Shown piece by piece: positions 1 through 10,483 of a stretch of 64,000 nucleotides of DNA. This DNA is from Candidatus Sericytochromatia bacterium. GTDB lineage: Bacteria; Cyanobacteriota; Sericytochromatia; S15B-MN24; VGJW01. The stretch spans positions 1 to 64,000 of the forward strand of contig JAYKHS010000004.1 of NCBI GenBank assembly GCA_035285865.1. The letters are read 5' to 3'. The notes under the pieces are model-generated. The model had not been told where the DNA came from. It saw only the letters and a list, made by a program, of their open reading frames with translations, and did not search any database. Made by a program: the position numbers and the translations under genes. Each line of letters opens with the position of its first letter. The first letter of the stretch is position 1.

Positions 1-2
1 GT

Positions 3-119
3 TTCTGGTGGCAAGGCGACGTGGTCCCACCCGTTCCCATCCCGAACACGGCCGTGAAACGCGTCAGCAGCGACAATAGTTGGAGGGTGACTTCCCGCGA
101 AGATAGCCCGCTGCCAGGA
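3..119 (+). rRNA. rrf: 5S ribosomal RNA
   Basis: Contains the conserved 5S motif CCCATCCCGAACAC...GTGAAAC. Terminal helix CTGGTGGC...GCTGCCAG. Length about 117 nt. Confidence 0.95.
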
Positions 120-126
120 TTAATCG

Positions 127-166
127 AAGGCACCGTTCCCGACATGACGGGGGCGGTGCCTTTTGT
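127..166 (+). terminator. Rho-independent terminator after 5S rRNA
   Basis: Stem AAGGCACCGTTCCCG / CGGGGGCGGTGCCTT followed by a T-rich run. Confidence 0.85.
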
Positions 167-184
167 CTTGGGAAAGGAACGTGC

Positions 185-1039
185 ATGGCGTCTCCCATCT
201 TGGTGACCGGGGCCTCGACCGGTATTGGCCACGCGATCGTGACCGAGCTTCTGGCGGCTGGCCACGAGGTGCTGGCCGGCGTCCGGCGCGAGGAGGATCG
301 TCTGCGCCTCGAGGACTTGGGGCCGGGCTGTTCAGGTCTCATCCTTGATGTCGCGTCGGCGACGGATCGCTTGCGTACGGCAGAAGCCATGAATCTTCGC
401 CTTCAGGGGCGCGGCCTCGGTGCCGTGGTCCACAATGCCGGAATCGCAATCTTCCAGCCTGTCGAGGGACTTGACGACGACCTGCTCCAGCAGCAGTTCG
501 CCGTCAATGTTTTCGGCGCGGTGTCCCTGACGCGCTTGTTGCTGCCGCTCCTGCGCGAGGCCGGCGGCCGCATCGTCCACATCAGTTCGCTTGCAGGCAA
601 TCTTTCCCAGCCCTACTTCGGAGCCTATGCTGCTTCGAAATGGGCGCTTGAGGCATTCAGCGACGCGATGCGTCTCGAGTTGGCCCCGCAGGGCATCAAG
701 GTCATCAGCGTCCAGCCCGGTGCCATTGCCACGCCCATCTGGGAAAAGTCCCTCGAGCAGTCCCGTGGTCGCCATCGCCAGTTGCCGGGCGCGCTGCAGG
801 ATCTCTACGGAAGCGAACTCGCGCACCTCGCAGAGGGCGCCGAGATGCTTGGAGCCCGGGGCATTCCGGCGATGCGCGTGGCCCGCGTCGTGCGGCATGC
901 CCTTGAAACCGGCCGCCCTGCCGCGCGTTACAGGGTCGGCCCGGATGCCCGGCTAGGGCCCTTCCTGCGGGCTCTCCCCGATGGCTGGCGTGATGCCCTG
1001 CTCCTGCGGGTGCTCGGGCTCGGACGCTTGCGTTCCTGA
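185..1039 (+). CDS. Short-chain dehydrogenase/reductase (SDR family)
   Basis: TGASTGIG, NAG and YAASK motifs. SD-like AGGA upstream. Confidence 0.92.
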   Translation: MASPILVTGASTGIGHAIVTELLAAGHEVLAGVRREEDRLRLEDLGPGCSGLILDVASATDRLRTAEAMNLRLQGRGLGAVVHNAGIAIFQPVEGLDDDLLQQQFAVNVFGAVSLTRLLLPLLREAGGRIVHISSLAGNLSQPYFGAYAASKWALEAFSDAMRLELAPQGIKVISVQPGAIATPIWEKSLEQSRGRHRQLPGALQDLYGSELAHLAEGAEMLGARGIPAMRVARVVRHALETGRPAARYRVGPDARLGPFLRALPDGWRDALLLRVLGLGRLRS

Positions 1040-1441
1040 GGTCGATGCTGCGCGTGGCTCATGACTTCCGACCTGCCGTGCCAGAAGCTGACCCAGAGGT
1101 ACCGCGCCGAGGCCCAGGAACACGCTGAGCAGGACATAGGCCGTCCCTGCGAACGCGGCATCGCGCTGGAACAGGCGGATGGTCTCGAGTCCGAAGGCCG
1201 AAAACGTGGTGAAGCCGCCCAGCAGTCCCGCGGCGAGGAGCGGGCGCTGCCAGGAGCCTTCCCAGCCGGGCCTGCCGGAGAGGAGTCCGTCGAGCAACCC
1301 CATCGCGAGGCACCCGAGTACGTTGATTGCCAGCGTCGCCCAGGGAAAGCTCATCCCCGCCCATCGGCTCACCATCTGGCCCAGGCCTGCCCGGGCCGAG
1401 GCTCCGATCGCGCCGCCCATGGCAATCCACAACCACTCCAT
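953..1441 (-). CDS. crcB: Fluoride efflux channel CrcB/FluC
   Basis: GGAIGASAR, FPWATLAINVLG and GGFTTFSAF signature motifs. Confidence 0.93.
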   Translation of the reverse strand: MEWLWIAMGGAIGASARAGLGQMVSRWAGMSFPWATLAINVLGCLAMGLLDGLLSGRPGWEGSWQRPLLAAGLLGGFTTFSAFGLETIRLFQRDAAFAGTAYVLLSVFLGLGAVPLGQLLARQVGSHEPRAASTSGTQASEPEHPQEQGITPAIGESPQEGP

Positions 1442-1541
1442 GGGCTCATCCTAGCAGGTTCCCCGTGACATCCTGATGGCCTCGGAATCCTTGCTTCCCG
1501 CATGCTGCACGGTACGCACTGGCTTGCGGAAAGGGGGACAC

Positions 1542-2132
1542 ATGCGCGGTCTGTTCGGGTGGCGGTTGCTGGTTGCCGGATTGCTGGCATCGGGCAGTTG
1601 GAGCTGTGCCGAGACACCGGGAGTAAGGACGGATGCGGAGCCGGTCGTTCCTCAGGCGAGGGCCGTGACGCCGCAAGGAGTCATGGTCCTGCTGCCGACC
1701 GTCGCATCCGGAGGGCTGGCCTTGCAGGCCCTGGTGACGCCGTGGTCGCGGCAGGACATCCACCACCTCGTCCTGCGCCTTTCGATGTTGTCGGGTATCG
1801 ACGAGCAGCCCGTCCGGATGAACGGCGAGCCCGTCCAGCGGGTCGTCCATGCGGCACAGCTGGCTGACCCTGTCGCCTTCCGGGGGCTTCGTCCGCGGAC
1901 GACCTACCGTGTGCGGGCCTATGCTTACCGGACGGAACAGGAGCTGCCGGAAAGCCTGATTTCCGTCGATGATCCCCGTTCTTGGGCGGACGTGGTCATC
2001 GATCGCGAGGATCGCCCCGTGGTCACGCTGCTGCCGGTCAAGCTCCGGGACACCGTCTTCAGTGGTGAGGCGACGGCTGGAATCCGCATCGAGGAGGGCA
2101 CATACACCACGACGCAGGAGACGCTGTCATGA
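1542..2132 (+). CDS. Hypothetical exported protein with FN3-like motif
   Basis: SD GGGGA before ATG 1542, N-terminal signal-like segment, GLRPRTTYRVRAYAY motif. Confidence 0.65.
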   Translation: MRGLFGWRLLVAGLLASGSWSCAETPGVRTDAEPVVPQARAVTPQGVMVLLPTVASGGLALQALVTPWSRQDIHHLVLRLSMLSGIDEQPVRMNGEPVQRVVHAAQLADPVAFRGLRPRTTYRVRAYAYRTEQELPESLISVDDPRSWADVVIDREDRPVVTLLPVKLRDTVFSGEATAGIRIEEGTYTTTQETLS

Positions 2133-2896
2133 GGCTCCGGACGTCCCGCGGGCGCTGGTCTTTCCTGGCTGTTGCAGGAGCAGTCGGTACCGACGTGCTG
2201 ATGGGAACGGGGGGCAGCGACGTGCTGGCGGATGCGATCGCTGCCGACTTGGTCAGCGTGGCCACGCCGGTACCATGCTCCGGATCGGAGCACGTGGCGG
2301 CGTCGGCACCGCCCGTGCTGACCGATGGCGCGTCCGGTCTCGAGGTTTCATGGCTCAGGCTGGGCGGTCCGGGACTGGAGCCTGTCGAAGTGGCTTCCTT
2401 CGGGTTTCCGCTCGTGCCCGCCGGAACCACCTTGGCGATGCCCCTGAAGTCGATTCGGCTGGATGCCGCGTATCGTGTCCGGGTGCGGCGCACGGTAGCA
2501 GGCATCCGAGAGGCTTGGCAGGAGATAGCCGATACCGGCCGAGGCTGGGTGTCCGGGCCCCCGCGTGCGCTGGTGCTGCCGGGGACAGCGCAGTCCCGCC
2601 CTGTGCAGTCCGTGAGCTGGCCCATCAACATTCAGCCCGCCGCCGAAGGGCAGCGCCTGAATGGCCGCTTGGAGCGCCTGGATGCCGAGGTTTCCGGAGC
2701 TGTCGTGGCCGTGGCTACCGGTAGCTGGACACTTCAAGCGCCAGCCCTGCAGATCACGGCAGGGGGGCTTCGTCCCGAGACCCGCTACCGTCTGGTCCTC
2801 TTCGAGGGGGCCAGGGCCGCAACGCTGGACTTGCAGGTGCGCGCGTCGGGCGAGCCGCCGCTGTCCATCCCGACGGCTCTCGTCTGGCCGCCTTGA
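2129..2896 (+). CDS. Hypothetical protein (beta-rich, FN3-like motif)
   Basis: ATGA overlap with the upstream gene. GLRPETRYRLVL motif. Confidence 0.55.
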   Translation: MRLRTSRGRWSFLAVAGAVGTDVLMGTGGSDVLADAIAADLVSVATPVPCSGSEHVAASAPPVLTDGASGLEVSWLRLGGPGLEPVEVASFGFPLVPAGTTLAMPLKSIRLDAAYRVRVRRTVAGIREAWQEIADTGRGWVSGPPRALVLPGTAQSRPVQSVSWPINIQPAAEGQRLNGRLERLDAEVSGAVVAVATGSWTLQAPALQITAGGLRPETRYRLVLFEGARAATLDLQVRASGEPPLSIPTALVWPP

Positions 2897-2941
2897 TCGT
2901 CGGGACGCGCGGGCTATCATGGGGCTGCCCTTGGCCTTGAG

Positions 2942-3232
2942 GTGCCTGCCATGCCTGTCGTCCCGGAGCCGTTGTCGCGCCCTGTGGTGGCCCGTTATCC
3001 GCACACGCGGGTGCTGCTGCACGACGATGACGTGCACGAGATGGGCCAGGTGGTGCGCTACCTGCTGGAGGCCGTGCCGAGCCTCGGGCGCGAGCGCTGC
3101 GTGGCCATCATGCTCGAAGCGCATCAGGTCGGTCGTGCCGTGGTGGTCGAGGCACCTTTCGAGCACGCCGAGGGTTATGCCGAACGCCTGCAGGTGCGTG
3201 GGCTGACGGCAACCCTCGAGCCCGTCGCCTGA
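2942..3232 (+). CDS. clpS: ATP-dependent Clp protease adaptor ClpS
   Basis: RVLLHDDD...IMLEAHQVGRAVV...AEGYAERL...LTATLEP matches the ClpS pattern. Start may be ATG 2951. Confidence 0.85.
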   Translation: MPAMPVVPEPLSRPVVARYPHTRVLLHDDDVHEMGQVVRYLLEAVPSLGRERCVAIMLEAHQVGRAVVVEAPFEHAEGYAERLQVRGLTATLEPVA

Positions 3233-3310
3233 GACCTTCTCCGGTCCGGGGCAGGTCCACGCGCCGGGAACGTCAGGTCTGTCGGCGCATCCGCAGCGCG
3301 GGAGCATGAA

Positions 3311-3338
3311 CGAGGGGACCCTCGGAAGGGTCCCCTCG
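3311..3338 (-). terminator. Hairpin/terminator downstream of tRNA-Ser
   Basis: Perfect 12-bp stem CGAGGGGACCCT / AGGGTCCCCTCG. Confidence 0.7.
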
Positions 3339-3343
3339 TGGAG

Positions 3344-3434
<91 letters not shown>

Positions 3435-3490
3435 AACGGCATGGGCAGTCTAGCAGATGCTTGCCGACCGTCTCAAGCCTTGGTGCCGCC

Positions 3491-4237
3491 TCAGCCGGCC
3501 CAGCCGGTCTGATAACGCATGAACGCGGGCAGCATGCGGCGCCACGTGGGCCAATCGTGCGGCATGTCGTGGCCCCACATCTCGAGGTTGTGCCAGATGC
3601 CCTTCGACCAGAGGATGTCCGAGATCTCCTTGCTCTGGTGCGGGGCTTCATATGAGCCCTGCCCCGTCAGGATGTGGATGCCCTTGCCGCGATACCGGAG
3701 CATCTCCAGGTAGCCGTGGTCATTCAGGTTGGGCATGTAATGGCGCGGGGAGTTCATGTAGATGAGCTCGTCCATGTAGCCACCGGTCCACGGAGAGAGG
3801 TCGTAGGCCCCGCTCATGGCCACGGTTCCCCCGAAGACCTGCGGATGGCGCAGCAGGAAGTTCAGGGCGTGGTAGGCCCCCATGCTGGCGCCCGTGGTGA
3901 AGATACCGTCGCGATTGCCCTGGTTGAGCCAGATGAAGGGCACGACTTCCTGCATGACGTACTGGTCGTAGGCTTCGTGGCGGCGCGCACGCTCACTGGC
4001 GTGAATCCGGCTGTTCATCCACGTCCAGCCGTTGACGCTGTCGATGGAGTAGCACTTGACGAGGCCCTTCTCGATCCACGGCCGGATCATTTCGACCAAG
4101 TAGAACCGCTCGTACTCTTCGAAGTCCGCGGCAGCGGTCGGGAACATCAGCAGGGGGAAGCCGTAATGGCCATAGACCTTGACCGGCATGTCGCGGCCGA
4201 TGCGGTGGCTGTACCAGCTGGTCTTGAAAACATTCAT
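3491..4237 (-). CDS. Alpha/beta hydrolase, putative esterase
   Basis: GASMG nucleophile elbow and C-terminal HDWPTW. ATGA-coupled to ribD. Confidence 0.85.
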   Translation of the reverse strand: MNVFKTSWYSHRIGRDMPVKVYGHYGFPLLMFPTAAADFEEYERFYLVEMIRPWIEKGLVKCYSIDSVNGWTWMNSRIHASERARRHEAYDQYVMQEVVPFIWLNQGNRDGIFTTGASMGAYHALNFLLRHPQVFGGTVAMSGAYDLSPWTGGYMDELIYMNSPRHYMPNLNDHGYLEMLRYRGKGIHILTGQGSYEAPHQSKEISDILWSKGIWHNLEMWGHDMPHDWPTWRRMLPAFMRYQTGWAG

Positions 4238-5382
4238 GGACAGGAAAGACCTCCGGGGGGCAGAACGGCGTCATCATACCGCAGGGAAGCGGCCGGGGAC
4301 CATACGGGACGACCTGTCACGAGCAGGTCCTTCCCGACCATCGTGTAACTCGGGTCGGCCAGATCGAGGCCCTGATCCAGGCGATCGGGATCCGGACCGC
4401 CAAACCATCCCGGTGACGTCCGACCACCGAGCAGCCTGGGGGCGAGAAAAAGGCGCAGCTCGTCCACGAGTCCCTGGCGCAGCAGGCGGGACGCGAGGTC
4501 GCCGCCCCCCTCGGCCAACACCGATATTCGTCCCTCCTCGCCCAGCTGTCGCAGGCCTTCGCCCAGATCCAGGCCCCCGTCAGGGTGGCTTGGCAGCGAC
4601 CGGATGCGCACGTGGGCCGGCAGGTCTGTCGCTGGTGTCGCCCCTCCCCAGATCTCAACCTCGCCTTGCTGGCGCAGGGCTCGGCTGGAGGCAGGAATTC
4701 TTCCCGACTGGCTTACGAGGATGCGCAGAGGTTGGTGAGCGCCTTCGATGCGTGCGTCCAGACCGGGATCATCCGTCCGGGCAGTGCCACCCCCCACCAT
4801 CACGGCGGCGACACCGGCACGCCATAGGTGGACCCGATCGCGGGCCTCGGGGCCGGTAATCCAGCGGCTCTCGCCCTTGCGGGTCGCGATGCGGCCGTCA
4901 AGCGTGGCGGCCATCTTGAGCGAGACGCGCGGCCGACTGGTCCGCACCCAATGCAGGAAGTCCGCGTTGAGAGTTGCGGCTTCGTCATGCAGCAGGCCTT
5001 CCTCGTAGCGGATGCCGGCAGATTCGAGCACGGCGCGTGCCTGGCCGGCTGTCCGGGGGTTCGTGTCCCCGGTTGCCGCCACGACACGGCGCACACCCGC
5101 CCGGATGAGGGCCTCCGTGCAGGGAGGCGTCCTGCCGTGGTGGTTGCAGGGTTCGAGGCTGACGAAGACCGTCGCGCCCTCGGCCAAGGCTCCGGCCTCA
5201 TCCAGTGCGAGGACTTCGGCATGTGGACCGCCCGGACGCGCGTGGTAACCGAGGCCAACCACCTCGTTGCCCTGAACGACGACCGCGCCGACCATCGGAT
5301 TGGGCAAGGTCCAGCCTCGACCGAGCATCGCCTGTGCGAGCGCAAGGCGCATGTGCGCCTTGTCCTGTTCCACGGGACTCAA
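4234..5382 (-). CDS. ribD: Bifunctional riboflavin deaminase/reductase RibD
   Basis: PNPMVGAV, HAE, LEPCNHHGRTPPC, KMAATLDGRIA and EGGG motifs. Start placed at TTG 5382 (overlaps the upstream stop); GTG 5373 is an alternative. Confidence 0.95.
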   Translation of the reverse strand: MSPVEQDKAHMRLALAQAMLGRGWTLPNPMVGAVVVQGNEVVGLGYHARPGGPHAEVLALDEAGALAEGATVFVSLEPCNHHGRTPPCTEALIRAGVRRVVAATGDTNPRTAGQARAVLESAGIRYEEGLLHDEAATLNADFLHWVRTSRPRVSLKMAATLDGRIATRKGESRWITGPEARDRVHLWRAGVAAVMVGGGTARTDDPGLDARIEGAHQPLRILVSQSGRIPASSRALRQQGEVEIWGGATPATDLPAHVRIRSLPSHPDGGLDLGEGLRQLGEEGRISVLAEGGGDLASRLLRQGLVDELRLFLAPRLLGGRTSPGWFGGPDPDRLDQGLDLADPSYTMVGKDLLVTGRPVWSPAASLRYDDAVLPPGGLSCP

Positions 5383-6101
5383 GCCTGTTCCTGGGGCTGC
5401 CGACCCGCGCCCATGGCCAGCTTGCCGCGTGCCGCCGCCAAGGCCAACGGCCGTCCAAGCTCGCGACCTACCTGCTCCATGTAGCCCTGCCAGTCTTCGT
5501 CTTTCAGCGTTCGATTCTGCTCGACCAGCGCCAGCAACATGCAGAAGGGATGCGCGCCCGAGGCCAGGTCTTCCATGTCCCGGATGATGCCCGGGTCCTC
5601 CGGAGCAGCCGTCGCATCTTCGAGGTCGGCAAAGGCTTGCAGGAGGTGCCTGGCCCCTCGTCGACACGCCTCGAGGTGGGCGGTGGCGGCTGCTTCGTCC
5701 GTGACGAGGCCCTCGACGCGCCGCGCCACCTGTTGTGCGAGGGCCAGCTTGACCCGGATGCGGTGGATGAACTTGCGTGCCTCACGGACACGCACGAGCA
5801 AGTCGGCCACCTCGTCGAGAGAGGTGACATGGTCGCGAAACGGCAGGGGCTCCAACCCGGCGCGCGTGGCCATCGCGTGGATCCCGTCGCGAAGTTGGTC
5901 GAATTTGCCACGGACATGCTCGAGATCCCGCAGAATCTCGCGCGTGGGGGGGCGACCCGGCTGCAGCAAGTCCCGGCGAGCCTCTTCCAGAAACTCGGCG
6001 AGGCGGCCGAAGCGCGCGCGCAACTGCAGGACTTCTTCCGCCGCCTTGTCGAGGCGGGTGGCGTCGTCCTCGATGCCTTGAGGCGTTTGGTCTCCCATCA
6101 T
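5379..6101 (-). CDS. Hypothetical all-helical protein
   Basis: Strong GC3 codon bias. Overlaps the stop of the Fur-family gene (ATGA) and the start of ribD. Confidence 0.7.
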   Translation of the reverse strand: MMGDQTPQGIEDDATRLDKAAEEVLQLRARFGRLAEFLEEARRDLLQPGRPPTREILRDLEHVRGKFDQLRDGIHAMATRAGLEPLPFRDHVTSLDEVADLLVRVREARKFIHRIRVKLALAQQVARRVEGLVTDEAAATAHLEACRRGARHLLQAFADLEDATAAPEDPGIIRDMEDLASGAHPFCMLLALVEQNRTLKDEDWQGYMEQVGRELGRPLALAAARGKLAMGAGRQPQEQA

Positions 6102-6547
6102 GCGGCACACCTCCGGCAGGTACCCCCGAGCTCCAGTTGGTGGTGCTCGAGGGCAAAGCCCACGTTCTCTGCTGCCCGAGCCAGCAGGGTGCCGATATCC
6201 GGGCAGTGAAGCTCCTCGATCCGACCGCAACGCCGGCAGACGAGGCTATGGTGGCAATGGTCCGTCTGCGGCAGGCTGCAAGGCTCATGGGCCTCGATGA
6301 CACATCGGTGCACCTTGCCCGAACTCAGCACGCGATGGACCAGGCCAAGCTGTTCCAGGCACTCGAGGATCCGATACACGCTGACGATGTCGATGCGCGC
6401 GCCCCGTTGTTCCAGATGATCACGGATTTCGTAGGCCGAAACCGGCTCGAGCACCTCCGCCAGCAGGTCGATCACGCGCTGGCGAGGCGTGGTGATTCGG
6501 AAGCCTGCCTCCTTGAGGCGGGCCAAGGCGTGGGCGCGATAGGCCAT
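6098..6547 (-). CDS. zur: Fur-family regulator, probably Zur
   Basis: RITTPRQRVI, SVYRILE, HHSLVCRRC and C-terminal CRRC. Divergent from a ZIP transporter. Confidence 0.85.
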   Translation of the reverse strand: MAYRAHALARLKEAGFRITTPRQRVIDLLAEVLEPVSAYEIRDHLEQRGARIDIVSVYRILECLEQLGLVHRVLSSGKVHRCVIEAHEPCSLPQTDHCHHSLVCRRCGRIEELHCPDIGTLLARAAENVGFALEHHQLELGGTCRRCAA

Positions 6548-6577
6548 GGTTCATTGTAGCCCGAGTCCGGTATGCTG

Positions 6578-6594
6578 TTGTAATTCTGTTGCAA
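6578..6594. promoter_or_regulatory. Candidate Fur/Zur-family operator
   Basis: AT-rich imperfect 7-3-7 inverted repeat TTGTAAT-TCT-GTTGCAA between the divergent regulator and ZIP genes. Confidence 0.55.
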
Positions 6595-6609
6595 TAATAG
6601 GTGAGTCCG

Positions 6610-7476
6610 ATGCTTGCGCTTCCTGCCCACTGGTGGGCCGTCCCCCTGCTCGGGATGCTGATGGCTGCCGGGGGCTGGGGCGTCGTGTCGGGCCATGGCA
6701 CGTGGCTGACCCGTGCAAGGCTTGGTACCTTGCTGGCTTCCGGCGGGGGCTACCTCGTGCCCCTCGCGCTCGTCGACCTGCTGCCCGAGTCCTTCGAGGC
6801 CCCGGGTGCGGACATGCAGCGCGTGCTTGCAGCCGTCGCAATGGGCGCCCTTGCGGTTTTCGTTCTGGATCGTCTCCTGGGTCCGTCCCTGCAGAATTGG
6901 GCGAACCGCCTCGTCGCGGAGGAGGGTGGGGAGGTCGAGACGCCCGTGACGGTGCCGGGTCTCGATCCTGACGACGTGCACGCATACGGCCATGCCCATG
7001 CGCACCATCTTGCCCACGGGCATGACCACGACCATGGTCACCACGGACATCATGCGCCCGGCGTTGCCGCCGCATGTTCGGCCATCGGTTGCTTGTGGCT
7101 CTGCGCGTTGTTCGACGGACAGGTCCTCGCCGCTTCCCTGGAAGCAGGCGGGAATGTCGGGGGGCTCGTCGGCCTTGGCCTGATTTTCCACATGCTGCCC
7201 GAGGGCGTGATGGCCGCCCTGCTCTCGCTCTCGGCAGGCCATCCTGCACGTCTGGCGCGTCGTATCGCCTTGCTCACCGGTGCGGCCTTCGTGGCCGGCG
7301 CCTTGCTGCAGTGGCTTCTCGCAGCCGGTTCTCCGTTGATGTTGCCATTCTCGGCCGGGGTGCTGCTTTACTTCGCGCTGACGGAACTGCTGCCCTCCGC
7401 TGCCGCTGGCTGGAGGGGTGTCGTCGAGGTCGTGGCGGGAGCTCTGGTCTTCGCGGCGATCCATCTGGTGCTGTAG
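6610..7476 (+). CDS. ZIP family metal (Zn) transporter
   Basis: Multiple TM segments, DLLPES, His-rich loop HAYGHAHAHHLAHGHDHDHGHHGHH, HMLPEG and ELLP motifs. GTG 6601 is an alternative start. Confidence 0.88.
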   Translation: MLALPAHWWAVPLLGMLMAAGGWGVVSGHGTWLTRARLGTLLASGGGYLVPLALVDLLPESFEAPGADMQRVLAAVAMGALAVFVLDRLLGPSLQNWANRLVAEEGGEVETPVTVPGLDPDDVHAYGHAHAHHLAHGHDHDHGHHGHHAPGVAAACSAIGCLWLCALFDGQVLAASLEAGGNVGGLVGLGLIFHMLPEGVMAALLSLSAGHPARLARRIALLTGAAFVAGALLQWLLAAGSPLMLPFSAGVLLYFALTELLPSAAAGWRGVVEVVAGALVFAAIHLVL

Positions 7477-7611
7477 AAGAGTGCGGTGCCTGCTGTTTCC
7501 TGACTCTCCCGGAGGGTATAGGAACCGGGTGGTCCCCACCGGGGCCGCTGGTTTGACGGCGCAATTCCCGTTCTGTCCCTAGCCGTCAGTCCAACGTGGA
7601 GGAGCCTGCGG

Positions 7612-9015
7612 ATGCGTGTCCGTTTCTGGGGAACCCGTGGTTCCATTGCGAAACCGGGTCCCCGGACGGTGCGGTATGGCGGCAACACCTCTTGCGTTGA
7701 AGTCCGGGGCGACGATGGTACCCTGCTGGTTCTGGACTGTGGCACCGGGGCGCACGAACTGGGCTTCCACCTCATGGCCAACGAGCCCAAGCCGATTCGC
7801 GGCCATCTCCTGATTGGCCACACGCACTGGGACCACATTCAGGGATTGCCTTTCTTCACGCCGTTCTTCGTGCCCGGCAACGAGTGGGATGTCTATGCCC
7901 CCCACGGGTTGGTCCAGGAGCTGCGTGAGACTCTTGCTGCCCAGATGGATTACACGTTTTTCCCTGTGGCCCTGAATCAGCTCGGGGCCACCTTGCGCTA
8001 CCACGACCTGCTCGAGGGCGAGTTCTCGGTCGGGGGTGTGCGCGTCACGGCGCAATATTTGAACCATCCAGCCCTGACGCTGGGGTATCGGCTCGAGGCC
8101 GATGGCTGTTCCGTGGTCTATTCGACCGACCACGAGCCGCACTCGCGCCAGCTGGCTCTGGGCGAGGAGTGTCTGCACGGGGAGGCCGAGCGCCTCGTCA
8201 ATCCCGAGGAGCGGCGTCATTTGGAATTCATTGCCGGCGCGGACCTGCTGATCCACGACACGCAGTACACGGCGGCCGAGTACCCTGCTCGGCTGGGCTG
8301 GGGCCACAGCACGCTCGAGTATGTCGTCGAGATGGCGCTGGCCGCGCGGGTCAGAAGGCTTGCCCTGTTTCACCACGATCCGATGCGCGATGATGCTTCG
8401 GTGGACGACCTGGTCGCGCGTGCGCGTGCGCACGCGGCCCGCGTGGGGTCGGACCTTGAGATCTTCGCGGCAGCCGAGGGCCAGAGCGTCGAGCTGGGGG
8501 GCGGCAGCGGCGCGGGCGTGCGAGACACGGGACCGCTTCGCGAGGCGCGCCGCAAGCTTCCGGCCGTCCCTCGCGGTTCGGCCCAGGCACCTTGCGTCGT
8601 CGTAGGGATGGAGCCCGGTCCCGTGCGTACGCTGCTGGTGACGGCACTCGAGGACGAGGGCCTGCGGGTCGTCGTGGCAGAGAATGAGGCCGCCGTGCAG
8701 GAGGTCGTGCATCGGGACAGTCCGGCGCTCATCATCCTTCGGCATGGCGATGGCAGTGGCGATCCCTTGTCATTCAGCCGCCGGTTGCGGGAGTCGGCGC
8801 GCGCCAGCAGCGTGACGCCCCTATTCGTCGTGGCGGACGCAGAGGACCCTGCACTCATCGCCGCAGGCGCAGAAGCCGGCGTGAGCGACTGGCTGCTCCA
8901 GCCCTTCTCCGGTCCCTACGCCCGCACCAAGGTCCGGGCATGGCTGCTGCGCGACCGCGACGGCTGGGATGTTTCCGCCCAGACTGCCGAGCAGGCAGGC
9001 ATCCCCGGAGCCTGA
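7612..9015 (+). CDS. Metallo-beta-lactamase-fold hydrolase with C-terminal receiver-like domain
   Basis: FWGTRGS, YGGNTSC, HTHWDH, GHS and HHDP motifs, followed by a REC-like domain. SD GGAGG. Confidence 0.88.
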   Translation: MRVRFWGTRGSIAKPGPRTVRYGGNTSCVEVRGDDGTLLVLDCGTGAHELGFHLMANEPKPIRGHLLIGHTHWDHIQGLPFFTPFFVPGNEWDVYAPHGLVQELRETLAAQMDYTFFPVALNQLGATLRYHDLLEGEFSVGGVRVTAQYLNHPALTLGYRLEADGCSVVYSTDHEPHSRQLALGEECLHGEAERLVNPEERRHLEFIAGADLLIHDTQYTAAEYPARLGWGHSTLEYVVEMALAARVRRLALFHHDPMRDDASVDDLVARARAHAARVGSDLEIFAAAEGQSVELGGGSGAGVRDTGPLREARRKLPAVPRGSAQAPCVVVGMEPGPVRTLLVTALEDEGLRVVVAENEAAVQEVVHRDSPALIILRHGDGSGDPLSFSRRLRESARASSVTPLFVVADAEDPALIAAGAEAGVSDWLLQPFSGPYARTKVRAWLLRDRDGWDVSAQTAEQAGIPGA

Positions 9016-9022
9016 GCCGGTA

Positions 9023-10479
<1,457 letters not shown>

Positions 10480-10483
<4 letters not shown>

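Noticed and set aside
21..206. 61-aa ORF at the window start
   Set aside because: It lies within the 5S rRNA and its terminator.
1442..1541. Fluoride riboswitch upstream of crcB
   Set aside because: No GGCGATGG...TGATG consensus, and the gene looks leaderless.
5383..5667. N-terminal extension of RibD, or an FMN riboswitch
   Set aside because: This region is the coding end of the upstream hypothetical gene, and no RFN motif is visible.
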